From assembly GCA_965546615.1 (NCBI GenBank), contig CBEUVQ010000005.1, forward strand, positions 9,272 to 73,271: a stretch of 64,000 nt of DNA, given 5' to 3'. Source of the stretch: an uncultured Peptococcaceae bacterium. Its GTDB lineage: Bacteria > Bacillota > Desulfotomaculia > Desulfotomaculales > Desulfohalotomaculaceae. This document shows positions 19,953 to 29,346 of this stretch, piece after piece (position 1 is the stretch's first letter; each line of letters starts with the position of its first letter). Position numbers and translations under genes: made by a program. The notes beneath the pieces were generated by a model. That model worked only from the letters and a program-made list of their open reading frames with translations, was not told the DNA's origin and made no database searches.

Positions 19953-20870
19953 TTAATCAGAGGCATAACGTCCTGCTTTTGTAGCTAAAGGTTTACTGTA
20001 AGAAGCTTCTAAAACGGGCGTCCGGTTTACTGCCTCTACCAAAGCAGCAATATCCTTCTCCACCGGCATAATATACATTGCCACTCTCCCGGTTTCCGGG
20101 TTTTTACGCAAAATGGGGCTGTATTCCGGAATATCAATATCTTTTTTGCAGCCCAATATTACACCGGCAGTATGCGCAATAACCATACGCTGACCAATAT
20201 CATGAATGGTAGCCCGAGCGTTATCATTTTTTGGATGAATCATTACCGCTAAGCCATCTTTTAATATTTCTTCCCGCCGACTTTTTAAACCGATATTCAT
20301 CAGCGCAATATCTTCCACAAATAGAGTCGGGCCTTCAAAATGCATTTTTGCCGGTCGAACTTCACAAATATCGCCAAGCACTTTGCCGGTCATATACAGT
20401 CTGCTGATTGCCATTGTAATTAAGCCTACAACTATACCAATATACCACCCGATGCCGGCCATTAAGCCAATTTGCACAGCAAGCGCAGTAATAAACGACG
20501 AAATCATCACCAAATAATTGCGTCCTTCAAAAGTACGGGCAATTCCTTCAATATAGTCTTTACCCCGCTGAATAAGTTCTGATTCCTCCAAACTTTCCAA
20601 GGTGCTTCTTTCCTGGGTACGAATTTCTCTGAATTGTTGGGCCGCCAAAGCCAGAAACGTAAAGGCTGTAAACTCTTTTTCAATAACGGCGGGTACCGCC
20701 ATTGCCCCCAAGGCTGAAGCAATAAACCCCAGGGACAAGTGGACAATATACCCATGTGGATAGCCGGGATATTGACGATAATCAACACGCAGCAGAACCA
20801 TCCTTGTGATTGTGCCGGTTAAAGTTCCGATAGCAATAATTAAAAGATAGCCCTGCAGCTGCACAAACAA
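19953..20870 (-). CDS. YIEGIA family membrane protein
   Basis: The literal family motif KDYIEGIARTF is present. The N-terminal half has multiple TM segments. The start is TTG 20870 or GTG 20864, after a GGGGGG SD. Confidence 0.8.
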   Translation of the reverse strand: MFVQLQGYLLIIAIGTLTGTITRMVLLRVDYRQYPGYPHGYIVHLSLGFIASALGAMAVPAVIEKEFTAFTFLALAAQQFREIRTQERSTLESLEESELIQRGKDYIEGIARTFEGRNYLVMISSFITALAVQIGLMAGIGWYIGIVVGLITMAISRLYMTGKVLGDICEVRPAKMHFEGPTLFVEDIALMNIGLKSRREEILKDGLAVMIHPKNDNARATIHDIGQRMVIAHTAGVILGCKKDIDIPEYSPILRKNPETGRVAMYIMPVEKDIAALVEAVNRTPVLEASYSKPLATKAGRYASD

Positions 20871-20879
20871 TTCCCCCCA

Positions 20880-22121
20880 TTAATCTTTCTTCTCTTTATC
20901 AGCGGCATCCGTTAATTCTTTATCCTGCTTATCAATATCGATTTGTTTTTTGCGAACAGGAGCAAGAAAACCGGTCATTTCTTTGCCAATGCCGCTTAAC
21001 TTATCAGCTGCCCCTTTAAGACTGCCGGTGCTGATCAGCAGGAAGGCACCGCCACCTACCAACAGCGCCCCTAAAATCCAGGCCAGCGTTGTCCATCCTC
21101 CTTTAGTTCCGGCGCTGCTGCTTGTTTCACTGCCGGGGCCTCCACTTTGCGTCGGTCCACCGGTTACACCCAGCACAACCGGCACCGCATCAGCGAGCAG
21201 GCTAATTCCTTCTTCTGCCCTTTCCCGGGAGTTAGTGTGTGTGCCGGCCTCAATAAGTATCGCTGTCGACATCAAGTCTTGGTTATAGTTGCCGCGACCT
21301 ACAAAAATTTCTTTAACAATGTTTGGGTGTTTTTTATTAGCATAAGCCATTAACCGTTTGGCAAAATCCATGTTGGAACTCATTTTCGGGTTTTGCTTTC
21401 CTACTACCAATCGCAATTGAGCTACTTCTTTACCGTCGATTTCTTCATTGTAGTAATCAGGATCCGGTATACCGTCGCGATGCACATCAAACATAGCAAT
21501 AGGGTTTTCTTTCATTAACTCTGTAGCTGTGCGACGCGAGCGCATATAAGCATTGTTGTCATGCGGGTCATGCTTATTATCGTTATAAATAGCATCCAGT
21601 CCACGCTCTTTTATACTTTCGGCAAAATTTTTACCTACCTGTAAAACACCGCCGTTAAAAGGCTTTGATTCTGTACCGTCAGTTGGCACATAGGATTCAT
21701 CGGTGTGGGTTTGGTAAATCGCCACCGGCCTGTCCTTCCATTCTTTAGTAGCCACCGGCACTTCCGTCAAATTATTAAAATAATCAACCCATGCCAAATA
21801 GTCTTTATCCTTTCCCAATAACTTAGCGGTAGCTTTATCTCCGTCCACTTTACTTACTTCGTAATGTTGACCGTCGGGTTTTATTATTTGATCTCCTTTG
21901 CTCACATTGCTGGCCATTTTAGTGACTAAATTTCCACTGTCATCGTATATCTCCATTGCACGTCCAACGGTATGATCAATGAAATCGTCAGCATTGATCA
22001 ATGCGGTCGGACTCCAAACCGGCCGGGTGCTAACGGAGAAATCAGCTGCAGCCAAAGCAATTGCAGTTACACCTGCAGCCAGCATTGCCATCGCTACAGT
22101 AACTTTAAACTTATCTTTCAT
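20880..22121 (-). CDS. spoIIP: stage II sporulation protein P
   Basis: SpoIIP amidase-like motifs IYQTHTDESY, DVHRDG and IEAGTHTNS are present. I prefer ATG 22121 as the start because of its strong AAGGAGGAAGG SD. Confidence 0.87.
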   Translation of the reverse strand: MKDKFKVTVAMAMLAAGVTAIALAAADFSVSTRPVWSPTALINADDFIDHTVGRAMEIYDDSGNLVTKMASNVSKGDQIIKPDGQHYEVSKVDGDKATAKLLGKDKDYLAWVDYFNNLTEVPVATKEWKDRPVAIYQTHTDESYVPTDGTESKPFNGGVLQVGKNFAESIKERGLDAIYNDNKHDPHDNNAYMRSRRTATELMKENPIAMFDVHRDGIPDPDYYNEEIDGKEVAQLRLVVGKQNPKMSSNMDFAKRLMAYANKKHPNIVKEIFVGRGNYNQDLMSTAILIEAGTHTNSRERAEEGISLLADAVPVVLGVTGGPTQSGGPGSETSSSAGTKGGWTTLAWILGALLVGGGAFLLISTGSLKGAADKLSGIGKEMTGFLAPVRKKQIDIDKQDKELTDAADKEKKD

Positions 22122-22974
22122 CGCGCCTTCCTCCTTCAGCTTTGTCAATACCGCCAACTTTGCTAAAATCTTTTTTCATCGTTTCTTCTGAAAAAGTCAT
22201 CTCATTATCCGCTTCAATGTCACCTGTTTCCATTGCCAGCGGCTGTTTATTATGGGCAGCACCTGCGTTTTTCTCCTGCTTGTTGATTTCCGGCTTGCGC
22301 AGCCCGGCAAGAAGTGCTTCCGGTCGCCCTTCTGATGTCGGTCCGCCCTGCAGGCGTTCACGCAATTCACCGAAGATATCTGCCAACAGTACCGCCACAA
22401 TACCCGCTAAAACTGTAACATCGAAAGCTCCGGCACCGCCGATAGATACCGTTCCCCCGGCAGCGCCGCTGCGCAGCAGCCAGATAAAATGGAAGATATC
22501 CACCAATACCACACCGAGAGTAGCAGCAATAAATGCCGAGCGGCGGGAGCGCCCTGCTAAATAGCCTGTTAAACCGGCAGCAAGCGGAAATAAGTAAATG
22601 GAATCAACAAAGGCAAAGCGTCCGCCGGGTTCGGGCAATCCGGTCATTACTAACGAACCAAGATAATATACAACTACACCGGTTAGCGCTGCCGCCACCA
22701 GAGCACGAACCCATTCTTTGGTAGTACCCGCTTTGCTTAAAAGATAAACAGCCAGCGCAATTGGAATCAGTCCTCCACCAACATTTATTGATGCTCGGAT
22801 ACCGTCAAAAGGCAGCGGAACAGTAATAAAGCTGCCGATAATCATTGCTGCAATAATGCCAAGAGCTGCTTTATCACTGAGCCTCATTCGATCTAAAACG
22901 CGCTGGGCCAATCCAAAGTAAATCAAAAATGAAACCACAATCAATGCAATTAGGCCGAAAGGGAATTGAGTCAT
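22111..22974 (-). CDS. DUF1614 domain-containing membrane protein
   Basis: 287-aa polytopic membrane protein with an acidic/basic C-terminal tail. ATG 22974 has an AAGGAGG SD. The family assignment is from memory of the N-terminal pattern. Confidence 0.55.
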   Translation of the reverse strand: MTQFPFGLIALIVVSFLIYFGLAQRVLDRMRLSDKAALGIIAAMIIGSFITVPLPFDGIRASINVGGGLIPIALAVYLLSKAGTTKEWVRALVAAALTGVVVYYLGSLVMTGLPEPGGRFAFVDSIYLFPLAAGLTGYLAGRSRRSAFIAATLGVVLVDIFHFIWLLRSGAAGGTVSIGGAGAFDVTVLAGIVAVLLADIFGELRERLQGGPTSEGRPEALLAGLRKPEINKQEKNAGAAHNKQPLAMETGDIEADNEMTFSEETMKKDFSKVGGIDKAEGGRRDER

Positions 22975-23159
22975 TGATCTGCCTCCTTATAGAAATATAC
23001 ATTTTCACCACACTATAGTAACCTGCTGCCAAAGTATTTATTCAGCCCGGTGTGCATAATCATTCTTTCCACACAATTAAAAGAGACAACCGATTCCTCA
23101 AACCGCCAAAGCGCTCCGTTAAGCAGAACCCCTAAAGCATATCTTTCCCGATGAAAGAC

Positions 23160-23202
23160 AAAAAAACTCCCAAGGAAACACAAACGTTCCTTGGGATTTT
23201 TT
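23160..23202. terminator. bidirectional intrinsic terminator after the ispH-rpsA fusion gene
   Basis: A 10-bp stem TCCCAAGGAA/TTCCTTGGGA is flanked by an A-run and a T-run. Confidence 0.8.
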
Positions 23203-23232
23203 GAGCTCATATATATTAAAGATTTATATTAC

Positions 23233-25272
23233 TTATTGTTTTTTGAGCATTTTAGTTAATTCTTCCGGCATTACTTCGCCGAGGTTAATGCCGATACCTT
23301 CACCGGCATCTTCGGCAGCAGTCTGCTCAGGTTGAGGTTTTGGCTGCTGCTTCTTAGGCTGACGCTGCTTAGCACTGCGTTCTTTGTTCACTTCGCGAAT
23401 AGAAAGGCGAATACGCTTTTCTTCCGGGTCTACGGACAGCACCTTAACGTTGATTTCATCTCCTTCAGATACCACATCTTCAGGCTTTTCAACGTGGTGT
23501 TCCGCTAAGTGCGAAATGTGCACCAAACCTTCTACCCCCGGCTCAAGCTGAACAAATGCGCCAAACGGTGCCAGACGGATTACTTTGGCAGTAATGATAC
23601 TGCCTACAGGGTATTTCTCTTCTACGTTATCCCAGGGATTAGGCAGCAGCTGCTTTAAGCCAAGGGAAACTTTTTCACTTTCTTTATCAACTTTCAGTAC
23701 TTTAACTTCAACTTCGTCGCCAACGCTGACAACTTCTGAAGGCTTGTTGATGCGGTACCAAGCCATTTCAGAAATATGCAGTAAGCCGTCTACGCCTCCG
23801 ATGTCAATAAATGCACCAAAATCAGTCAGGCGTCTTACTGTACCTTTAATGGTTTGACCTTCTTCCAGTTTGTTAAACAGCTCTTCACGTGCTTTCGCTT
23901 TTTCCTCTTCTAAAACAACCTTGCGGGAAAGAATTACTTTGCGGCGGGCGCTGTTCATTTCAATTACTTTTACTTTAATCGTTTGATTTAAATATTTGGA
24001 AAGGTCTTCTACATAGCCGATTTCCACCAGTGATGCCGGTAAAAATGCCCGCACTCCGACATCAACCAGCAAACCGCCTTTAACCGCTTCCCGAACAACA
24101 CCTTCAATAACAGTGCCATTCTCCATTACTTCTTCTAATTTGCTCCAGTTTTTAGCTACATCTACGCGTACTTTGGAAAGCAGTGTTTTACCTTCTTCAT
24201 CTTCACCTTTAATAACTTCCACTTCTATTTCATCGCCAACCTTAACAACATCTTGTGGGCTGGCATTATAACCGGTCAATTCTTTCACCGGAACAACACC
24301 TTCAGATTTTGCTCCTACATCAACCAGAACTTCATCCTGGCCTACCTGTACCACAGTTCCTTTAACCACTTGACCAGGCTGCAGGTTTTTAACTTCAACC
24401 GCTTCCTTCATACCTTCTTCTTGCATTTCCATAGTTTCTCCTAGCTCCTTCATCCTACATTTAACCTCCTCAATTACCCAGTCCGGTGTTGAAGCACCGG
24501 CTGTTAATCCGGCTCGCTTGACTCCCTGAAACCATTCAGGTTTTAACTCAGAGGCACTTTCTACCTGGTAAGTAGTTGCACCGGTTTCGCGGCAAAGCTT
24601 GGTGAGTTTAGCAGTGTTAGCACTTTTCGACCCACCTACCACTACCACTACATCCACTTTTTCCGCCAATTCCTGCGCCGCTTGTTGACGCTCTCCGGTA
24701 GCATGACAGATAGTATTATACGCCTTTACTTCAAACCCTTTTTGTTTTAGGGCGCGAACCACCTCATCAAAATTTGCAACAGGTTGGGTGGTTTGAGCCA
24801 AAACACCAACCTTGTTATTGCCGCTGATTTGCTGCACTTGGGCAGCGTCTTCCACCACTAATGCCTGTCCGCCTGTCCAGCCAACAATACCCTGCACTTC
24901 CGGATGCTTGGCATCACCGACAACCACTACCTGATAACCTTCTTCGGTAAGCTGTTTAGCCAATTGCTGCGCCTTGCCGACAAAAGGACAGGTAGCATCT
25001 AAAACATTGTGCCCAAACTGGGCAGCTTCTTCCAAAACTTCCGGACTTACACCGTGAGATCTGATGATTATTACTCCCGGTGAACCGTTTGGAATATTGT
25101 CGATATCTTTAACACCTTTTTGTTTTAGCCTTTCCACCACCTGCGGGTTATGGATAATCGGCCCCAATGTGTAAATCGGTCCTTGTTTTTCCCGGGCGGC
25201 TTGTTCGGCAATTTCAATTGCCCGTTTAACTCCAAAACAAAAACCGGCCTTGGGAGCTACTAATATTTCCAA
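23233..25272 (-). CDS. ispH: bifunctional 4-hydroxy-3-methylbut-2-enyl diphosphate reductase / ribosomal protein S1-domain protein
   Basis: The N-terminal ~280 aa are IspH/LytB (GFCFGVKRAI, three cluster cysteines). The C-terminal part has four S1 RNA-binding repeats and a lysine-rich tail. TTG 25272 has a GAGGTG SD. Confidence 0.9.
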   Translation of the reverse strand: MEILVAPKAGFCFGVKRAIEIAEQAAREKQGPIYTLGPIIHNPQVVERLKQKGVKDIDNIPNGSPGVIIIRSHGVSPEVLEEAAQFGHNVLDATCPFVGKAQQLAKQLTEEGYQVVVVGDAKHPEVQGIVGWTGGQALVVEDAAQVQQISGNNKVGVLAQTTQPVANFDEVVRALKQKGFEVKAYNTICHATGERQQAAQELAEKVDVVVVVGGSKSANTAKLTKLCRETGATTYQVESASELKPEWFQGVKRAGLTAGASTPDWVIEEVKCRMKELGETMEMQEEGMKEAVEVKNLQPGQVVKGTVVQVGQDEVLVDVGAKSEGVVPVKELTGYNASPQDVVKVGDEIEVEVIKGEDEEGKTLLSKVRVDVAKNWSKLEEVMENGTVIEGVVREAVKGGLLVDVGVRAFLPASLVEIGYVEDLSKYLNQTIKVKVIEMNSARRKVILSRKVVLEEEKAKAREELFNKLEEGQTIKGTVRRLTDFGAFIDIGGVDGLLHISEMAWYRINKPSEVVSVGDEVEVKVLKVDKESEKVSLGLKQLLPNPWDNVEEKYPVGSIITAKVIRLAPFGAFVQLEPGVEGLVHISHLAEHHVEKPEDVVSEGDEINVKVLSVDPEEKRIRLSIREVNKERSAKQRQPKKQQPKPQPEQTAAEDAGEGIGINLGEVMPEELTKMLKKQ

Positions 25273-25284
25273 AAGAATATCACC

Positions 25285-25869
25285 TCAAGATTTCTCGATA
25301 AGCTGAGAAATTGCTGCCATTACTTGATTGCTGTATTCTTCCAAATCCTGACGGCCGGGTCTGCTTCCTTTCGGCTCCGGCAGAGGAATTGGTTTGCCGA
25401 TTTTAACTGTTATTTTTCCAAAAAAACCCCGTGAACCAATTACTGCAATCGGCATAATCGGTACACCGGTTTTGTAAGCCAGCATTGCTGCCCCTAAATG
25501 GGGTTTCAATAATTCTCCTGAAGAACTTCGTGTTCCTTCCGGGAAAACACCCAGCACCTTGCCGGCATTTAATATTTCAACAGCTTTACGAATGGCATTC
25601 CGGTCGGATTTACCCCGCTGCACCGGAAAAGCATTAAAAGCAGTAATGATCGGACCCAACACCGGTACCTTAAACAACTCTGCCTTAGCCATAAAATGTA
25701 CCGGCCGGTTTAACGAGCAGCCGACAACCACCGGGTCCCAGTAGCTGACGTGATTGGCAGCGGCAATCACCCCACCATTTTGAGGAAAATTTTCCAAGCC
25801 GATAATTTCCCAACGGCGCAGGATTAGTAAAAATACTCGACAGAGAATCCTGGCCACACTATAAAACAT
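25285..25869 (-). CDS. plsC: 1-acyl-sn-glycerol-3-phosphate acyltransferase
   Basis: The acyltransferase motifs NHVSYWD (HxxxxD) and FPEGTRS are present. Confidence 0.85.
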   Translation of the reverse strand: MFYSVARILCRVFLLILRRWEIIGLENFPQNGGVIAAANHVSYWDPVVVGCSLNRPVHFMAKAELFKVPVLGPIITAFNAFPVQRGKSDRNAIRKAVEILNAGKVLGVFPEGTRSSSGELLKPHLGAAMLAYKTGVPIMPIAVIGSRGFFGKITVKIGKPIPLPEPKGSRPGRQDLEEYSNQVMAAISQLIEKS

Positions 25870-25899
25870 TACGAAATGAAACCTCCAAAACTCACATAA

Positions 25900-26580
25900 T
25901 CAACAATTTTGCTTTTGTGCAATATGTTGTTTAATTAATTCAAGCACCTGGCTGATTGTCAATCCGGTGCTGTCGATAATAACGGCATCTTCTGCCGGCA
26001 CCAGCGGATCAACACTTCTGTTTTTATCAATACTATCCCTTTCCGCTATCTCGCCTATCAATTTATCCAGCGGCACATGGTGCCCCTGCTGAGCTAAATC
26101 CCACTGGCGCCTGCGCGCACGCTCTTCCGTAGAAGCGGTTAAAAAAAACTTTGCATCGGCATCCGGCAGCACTCTGGTACCGATATCACGGCCATCCATT
26201 ACAACGCCGCCTTGTTTGGCCATTTCCTGCTGCCGACTGACCATGTTTCTCCTTACCTCCGGCACTTTAGCAACCAGTGAAACATGGCGGGAAACCTCAG
26301 GATGTCTGATTTCCTTAGTAACATCCTGTTGGTCTAATTTTACCCGATAATTTCCATTGTTATCATAAAGCAGTTCAATTTGACATGCTTTAGACAATTC
26401 CGCCAGTGCTTTTTCATCGTTAAAATCATATTTATGCTGCAAAGCCTTTAATGCCAAAGCTCGATACATACTGCCGGTATCTATATACAGCAGGCTTAAA
26501 TCCTTCGCTAACAACTTAGCAACGGTACTTTTACCGGCTCCCGCCGGTCCGTCAATGGCAATATTGATATTTCGCTTCAT
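25900..26580 (-). CDS. cmk: cytidylate kinase
   Basis: MKRNINIAIDGPAGAGKSTVAK carries the P-loop. ATG 26580 has a GAGGGG SD. The ORF track extends to 26622. Confidence 0.93.
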   Translation of the reverse strand: MKRNINIAIDGPAGAGKSTVAKLLAKDLSLLYIDTGSMYRALALKALQHKYDFNDEKALAELSKACQIELLYDNNGNYRVKLDQQDVTKEIRHPEVSRHVSLVAKVPEVRRNMVSRQQEMAKQGGVVMDGRDIGTRVLPDADAKFFLTASTEERARRRQWDLAQQGHHVPLDKLIGEIAERDSIDKNRSVDPLVPAEDAVIIDSTGLTISQVLELIKQHIAQKQNC

Positions 26581-26687
26581 GGTACCCCTCATAAAGTAAG
26601 GTATGTAGTACAAAATGTCCAAAACATATTACTTATTCGACAAGCGGTGGAAAAATTCCTTTTTTTAACGCTAAAAACCTACCCGTA

Positions 26688-27974
26688 TTATTCTACAATT
26701 ATAGATTTTAATGCATCGTTAAAACCGGGAAAGGATATGTTCACGCTGTCCGCACCTTTTACCACCGTCTGCCCCTCCGCAGCCAAACCGGCCACCGCCA
26801 TCGCCATGGCAATACGGTGATCACCGTGACTTTGACAAACAGTTCCGGTAAGCGGTCGCCCCCCTTCTATTACCATACCGTCAGGTCTTTCTTCAATCTT
26901 TACTCCAAATTTTGCTAATTCAGCGCCAACTGCGGCAATGCGGTCGGTTTCTTTCACCCGCAATTCAGCAGCATCTCTAAACACTGTTTTGCCTTGTGCG
27001 ACAGCTGCTGCTACCGCCAAAACCGGTATCTCATCAATCAAAGTGGGAATTATTTCACCGGAAATGTCTGTGCCTTTAAGTTCGCGCCCCTGTACCCGGA
27101 TATCACCAATAGGCTCGCCGCCTTCAACTTTGTTATTGAAAACAGTGATATCCGCACCCATAGTTTTCAGCACGTCAATAATCCCTTTTCTGCCGGGATT
27201 TAAGCCCACACCGACTAAAGTTACATCTGAACCGGGAATAATGGCAGCAGCCGTTAAGAAAAATGCGGCGGAAGAAATATCTCCGGGAACAACCACTCGC
27301 CGTCCGACCAATGTAGGTTGACCCTCTACCGCAGCTGAACGGCGGGAAACTTCTATCTTTGCTCCAAAGCTTTTCAGCATCCGTTCGGTATGATCCCGAG
27401 AAACAGCAGGTTCTTCTACCACCGTTTGTCCGTTGGCAAACAGCCCGGCCAAAAGCAGCGCCGATTTAATCTGTGCACTGGCCACCGGCGTTTGGTAGTG
27501 AATTGCTTTTAATCGGCCGCCGGAAACACTTAACGGCAGCAGCCTGCTCTGCTGACGCCCCATAAATACTGCGCCCATTTCAGACAATGGTTTAACCACA
27601 CGGTCCATCGGGCGGCTGCGCAGCGAACCGTCACCGGTTAAAACACTAAAAAATGGCTGTCCGGCCAAAATACCCAAAAGCAGGCGGGTGGTTGTGCCGG
27701 AATTGCCGCAGTCCAGCACATCCCGGGGTTCGCTTAACCCGTCCAAACCTCTGCCGTGAACATAAATCACCTGATCTTTTTCGGTAATTTCAATACCCAT
27801 CGCTTGAAAACATTTAACAGTGGAAAGGCAATCTTCAGCCATTAAAAAGTTGTGAATTTCTGTTCTCCCTTGAGCTAATGCCCCCAACATTACTGCCCGG
27901 TGTGAGATGGATTTGTCACCGGGTATTTTAAGCATTCCTTTTAATAAAGAAGCTTTTTTTACCGTTAACTCCAT
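26688..27974 (-). CDS. aroA: 3-phosphoshikimate 1-carboxyvinyltransferase (EPSP synthase)
   Basis: PGDKSISHR, LDCGNSGTTTRLL and other EPSPS motifs are present. ATG 27974 (MELTVKK) has an AAGAGGG SD. Confidence 0.93.
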   Translation of the reverse strand: MELTVKKASLLKGMLKIPGDKSISHRAVMLGALAQGRTEIHNFLMAEDCLSTVKCFQAMGIEITEKDQVIYVHGRGLDGLSEPRDVLDCGNSGTTTRLLLGILAGQPFFSVLTGDGSLRSRPMDRVVKPLSEMGAVFMGRQQSRLLPLSVSGGRLKAIHYQTPVASAQIKSALLLAGLFANGQTVVEEPAVSRDHTERMLKSFGAKIEVSRRSAAVEGQPTLVGRRVVVPGDISSAAFFLTAAAIIPGSDVTLVGVGLNPGRKGIIDVLKTMGADITVFNNKVEGGEPIGDIRVQGRELKGTDISGEIIPTLIDEIPVLAVAAAVAQGKTVFRDAAELRVKETDRIAAVGAELAKFGVKIEERPDGMVIEGGRPLTGTVCQSHGDHRIAMAMAVAGLAAEGQTVVKGADSVNISFPGFNDALKSIIVE

Positions 27975-28112
27975 CGTATTAACCCTCTTTCCGCTATGAT
28001 ACTTCATCATAACACAATTTTGCAAAATTACTACAGCATATTTTAACTTATTGCCTCTGTTATACTATTAATATACAATGATGCTAAGAATTTGAAGTAG
28101 GAGTTGATCTTG

Positions 28113-29303
28113 GTGAAAGTAATCGCAGATAAAATTGAAAGTTATTTGAGCAGCTCTTCTTGGATCCGCAAAATGTTTGAAGAAGGTGACCGCCTGCGTC
28201 AACTTTACGGAGCAGAAAAAGTATATGACTTTTCATTAGGGAACCCGGTAAACGAACCACCGGAAAAGTTTCATAAAGAATTGAGAGAGCTTGCTTTAAA
28301 CCCGCTGCCCGGCATGCACCGGTACATGAGCAATGCCGGCTACTATGATACCAGAAAAGCGGTGGCCGATGTACTGGCAGAAGACAGCGGACTGCCGGTA
28401 AGCCCTGAGCATGTCATAATGACCGTAGGCGCGGGGGGCGGTTTAAATGTCGTACTCAAATCAATTTTAAATCCCGGTGACGAAGTAATCGTGCTGGCTC
28501 CTTATTTTGTTGAGTATCGTTTTTATGCAGATAACCACAACGGTGTAATTCGCGAAGTAAGCACCGACAAAAACTTCATGCCGGATATGGAAGCATTAAA
28601 AGAGGCGATAAATCCTAAAACCCGGGCAATAATCGTTAACTCACCCAATAACCCCACCGGCGTAATCTATCCGGCAGAGATATTAAGCCGATTAGGTGAG
28701 TTAATTAAAGCCAAATCAAAAGAATACCGGCGCCCGATTTATGTCATTTCTGACGAACCATATGCTAAAATTGCTTACGATGTTAAAGTACCCAACATTT
28801 TTAAATATATTGACAATGCCATTATCGTCACTTCGCACAGTAAAGATTTAGCACTGCCCGGCGAACGCATCGGTTATGCCGCCGCCAGCCCAAACATTGA
28901 ACAAGTAGATGTACTGGTAGGGGCAATGGTCTTTTGCAACCGCACTTTGGGCTATGTAAATGCTCCTGCTTTAATGCAGCGCCTGGTGGCCGATTTACAA
29001 AGGGAAAGTGTAAATATTGAAGAATATCGGGAGAAAAGAGACATATTATATAATGCCTTGGTAGAATTGGGGTTTGAAGTGATTAAACCGGAAGGGGCGT
29101 TTTATCTGTTCCCCAAATCTCCGCTGGCCGATGATATTGAATTTACCAATGCAGCTTTAAAGTACAATATTTTAGTAGTCCCGGGCAGCGGTTTTGGCAA
29201 GCCGGGGTACTTCCGGGTGTCATACTGCATTGATAAAAAGGTAATTGAAAACTCACTGCCTGCCTGGAGCAAGCTGGCGGCAGAGTTGGGATTGAAAAAA
29301 TAA
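28113..29303 (+). CDS. pyridoxal phosphate-dependent aminotransferase (class I, aspartate/aromatic type)
   Basis: NPTG and the SHSKDLALPGERIGY lysine motif are present. GTG 28113 lies 9 nt after an AGGAG SD. Confidence 0.85.
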   Translation: MKVIADKIESYLSSSSWIRKMFEEGDRLRQLYGAEKVYDFSLGNPVNEPPEKFHKELRELALNPLPGMHRYMSNAGYYDTRKAVADVLAEDSGLPVSPEHVIMTVGAGGGLNVVLKSILNPGDEVIVLAPYFVEYRFYADNHNGVIREVSTDKNFMPDMEALKEAINPKTRAIIVNSPNNPTGVIYPAEILSRLGELIKAKSKEYRRPIYVISDEPYAKIAYDVKVPNIFKYIDNAIIVTSHSKDLALPGERIGYAAASPNIEQVDVLVGAMVFCNRTLGYVNAPALMQRLVADLQRESVNIEEYREKRDILYNALVELGFEVIKPEGAFYLFPKSPLADDIEFTNAALKYNILVVPGSGFGKPGYFRVSYCIDKKVIENSLPAWSKLAAELGLKK

Positions 29304-29309
29304 ACTATT

Positions 29310-29346
29310 GAGGAATCCTATTTTATCGGGATTCCTCTTTATTTTT
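29310..29346 (+). terminator. intrinsic terminator after the aminotransferase gene (overlaps the MATE stop codon)
   Basis: A 9-bp stem GAGGAATCC/GGATTCCTC is followed by TTTATTTTT. Confidence 0.7.

Noticed and set aside
22142-22564. Long antisense ORFs in the track. Examples are 22142-22564, 3347-3685, 5452-5886, 15368-15736, 26938-27321, 35633-36028, 37249-37833, 41199-41596 and 63584-63925.
   Set aside because: Each lies entirely inside a well-supported gene on the opposite strand. Their composition is low-complexity and Ser/Pro/Thr/Ala-rich, typical of shadow frames. None has an SD, and none resembles a known family.
22975-23159. A possible guanidine-I (ykkC)-like riboswitch, suggested by TTTAGGGGTTCTG...ACGGAGCG in the DUF1614 leader.
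   Set aside because: Only the first block loosely resembles CTAGGGTTCCG. The downstream conserved GGGA and ACGG-containing blocks and the helices are not recognisable, and the downstream gene is not a guanidine-related transporter.
23013-23210. A 65-aa minus-strand ORF between the DUF1614 gene and the ispH fusion gene.
   Set aside because: It has no SD, and its 5' part overlaps the strong bidirectional terminator at 23160-23202. The region is better explained as terminator plus the promoter/leader of the DUF1614 gene.
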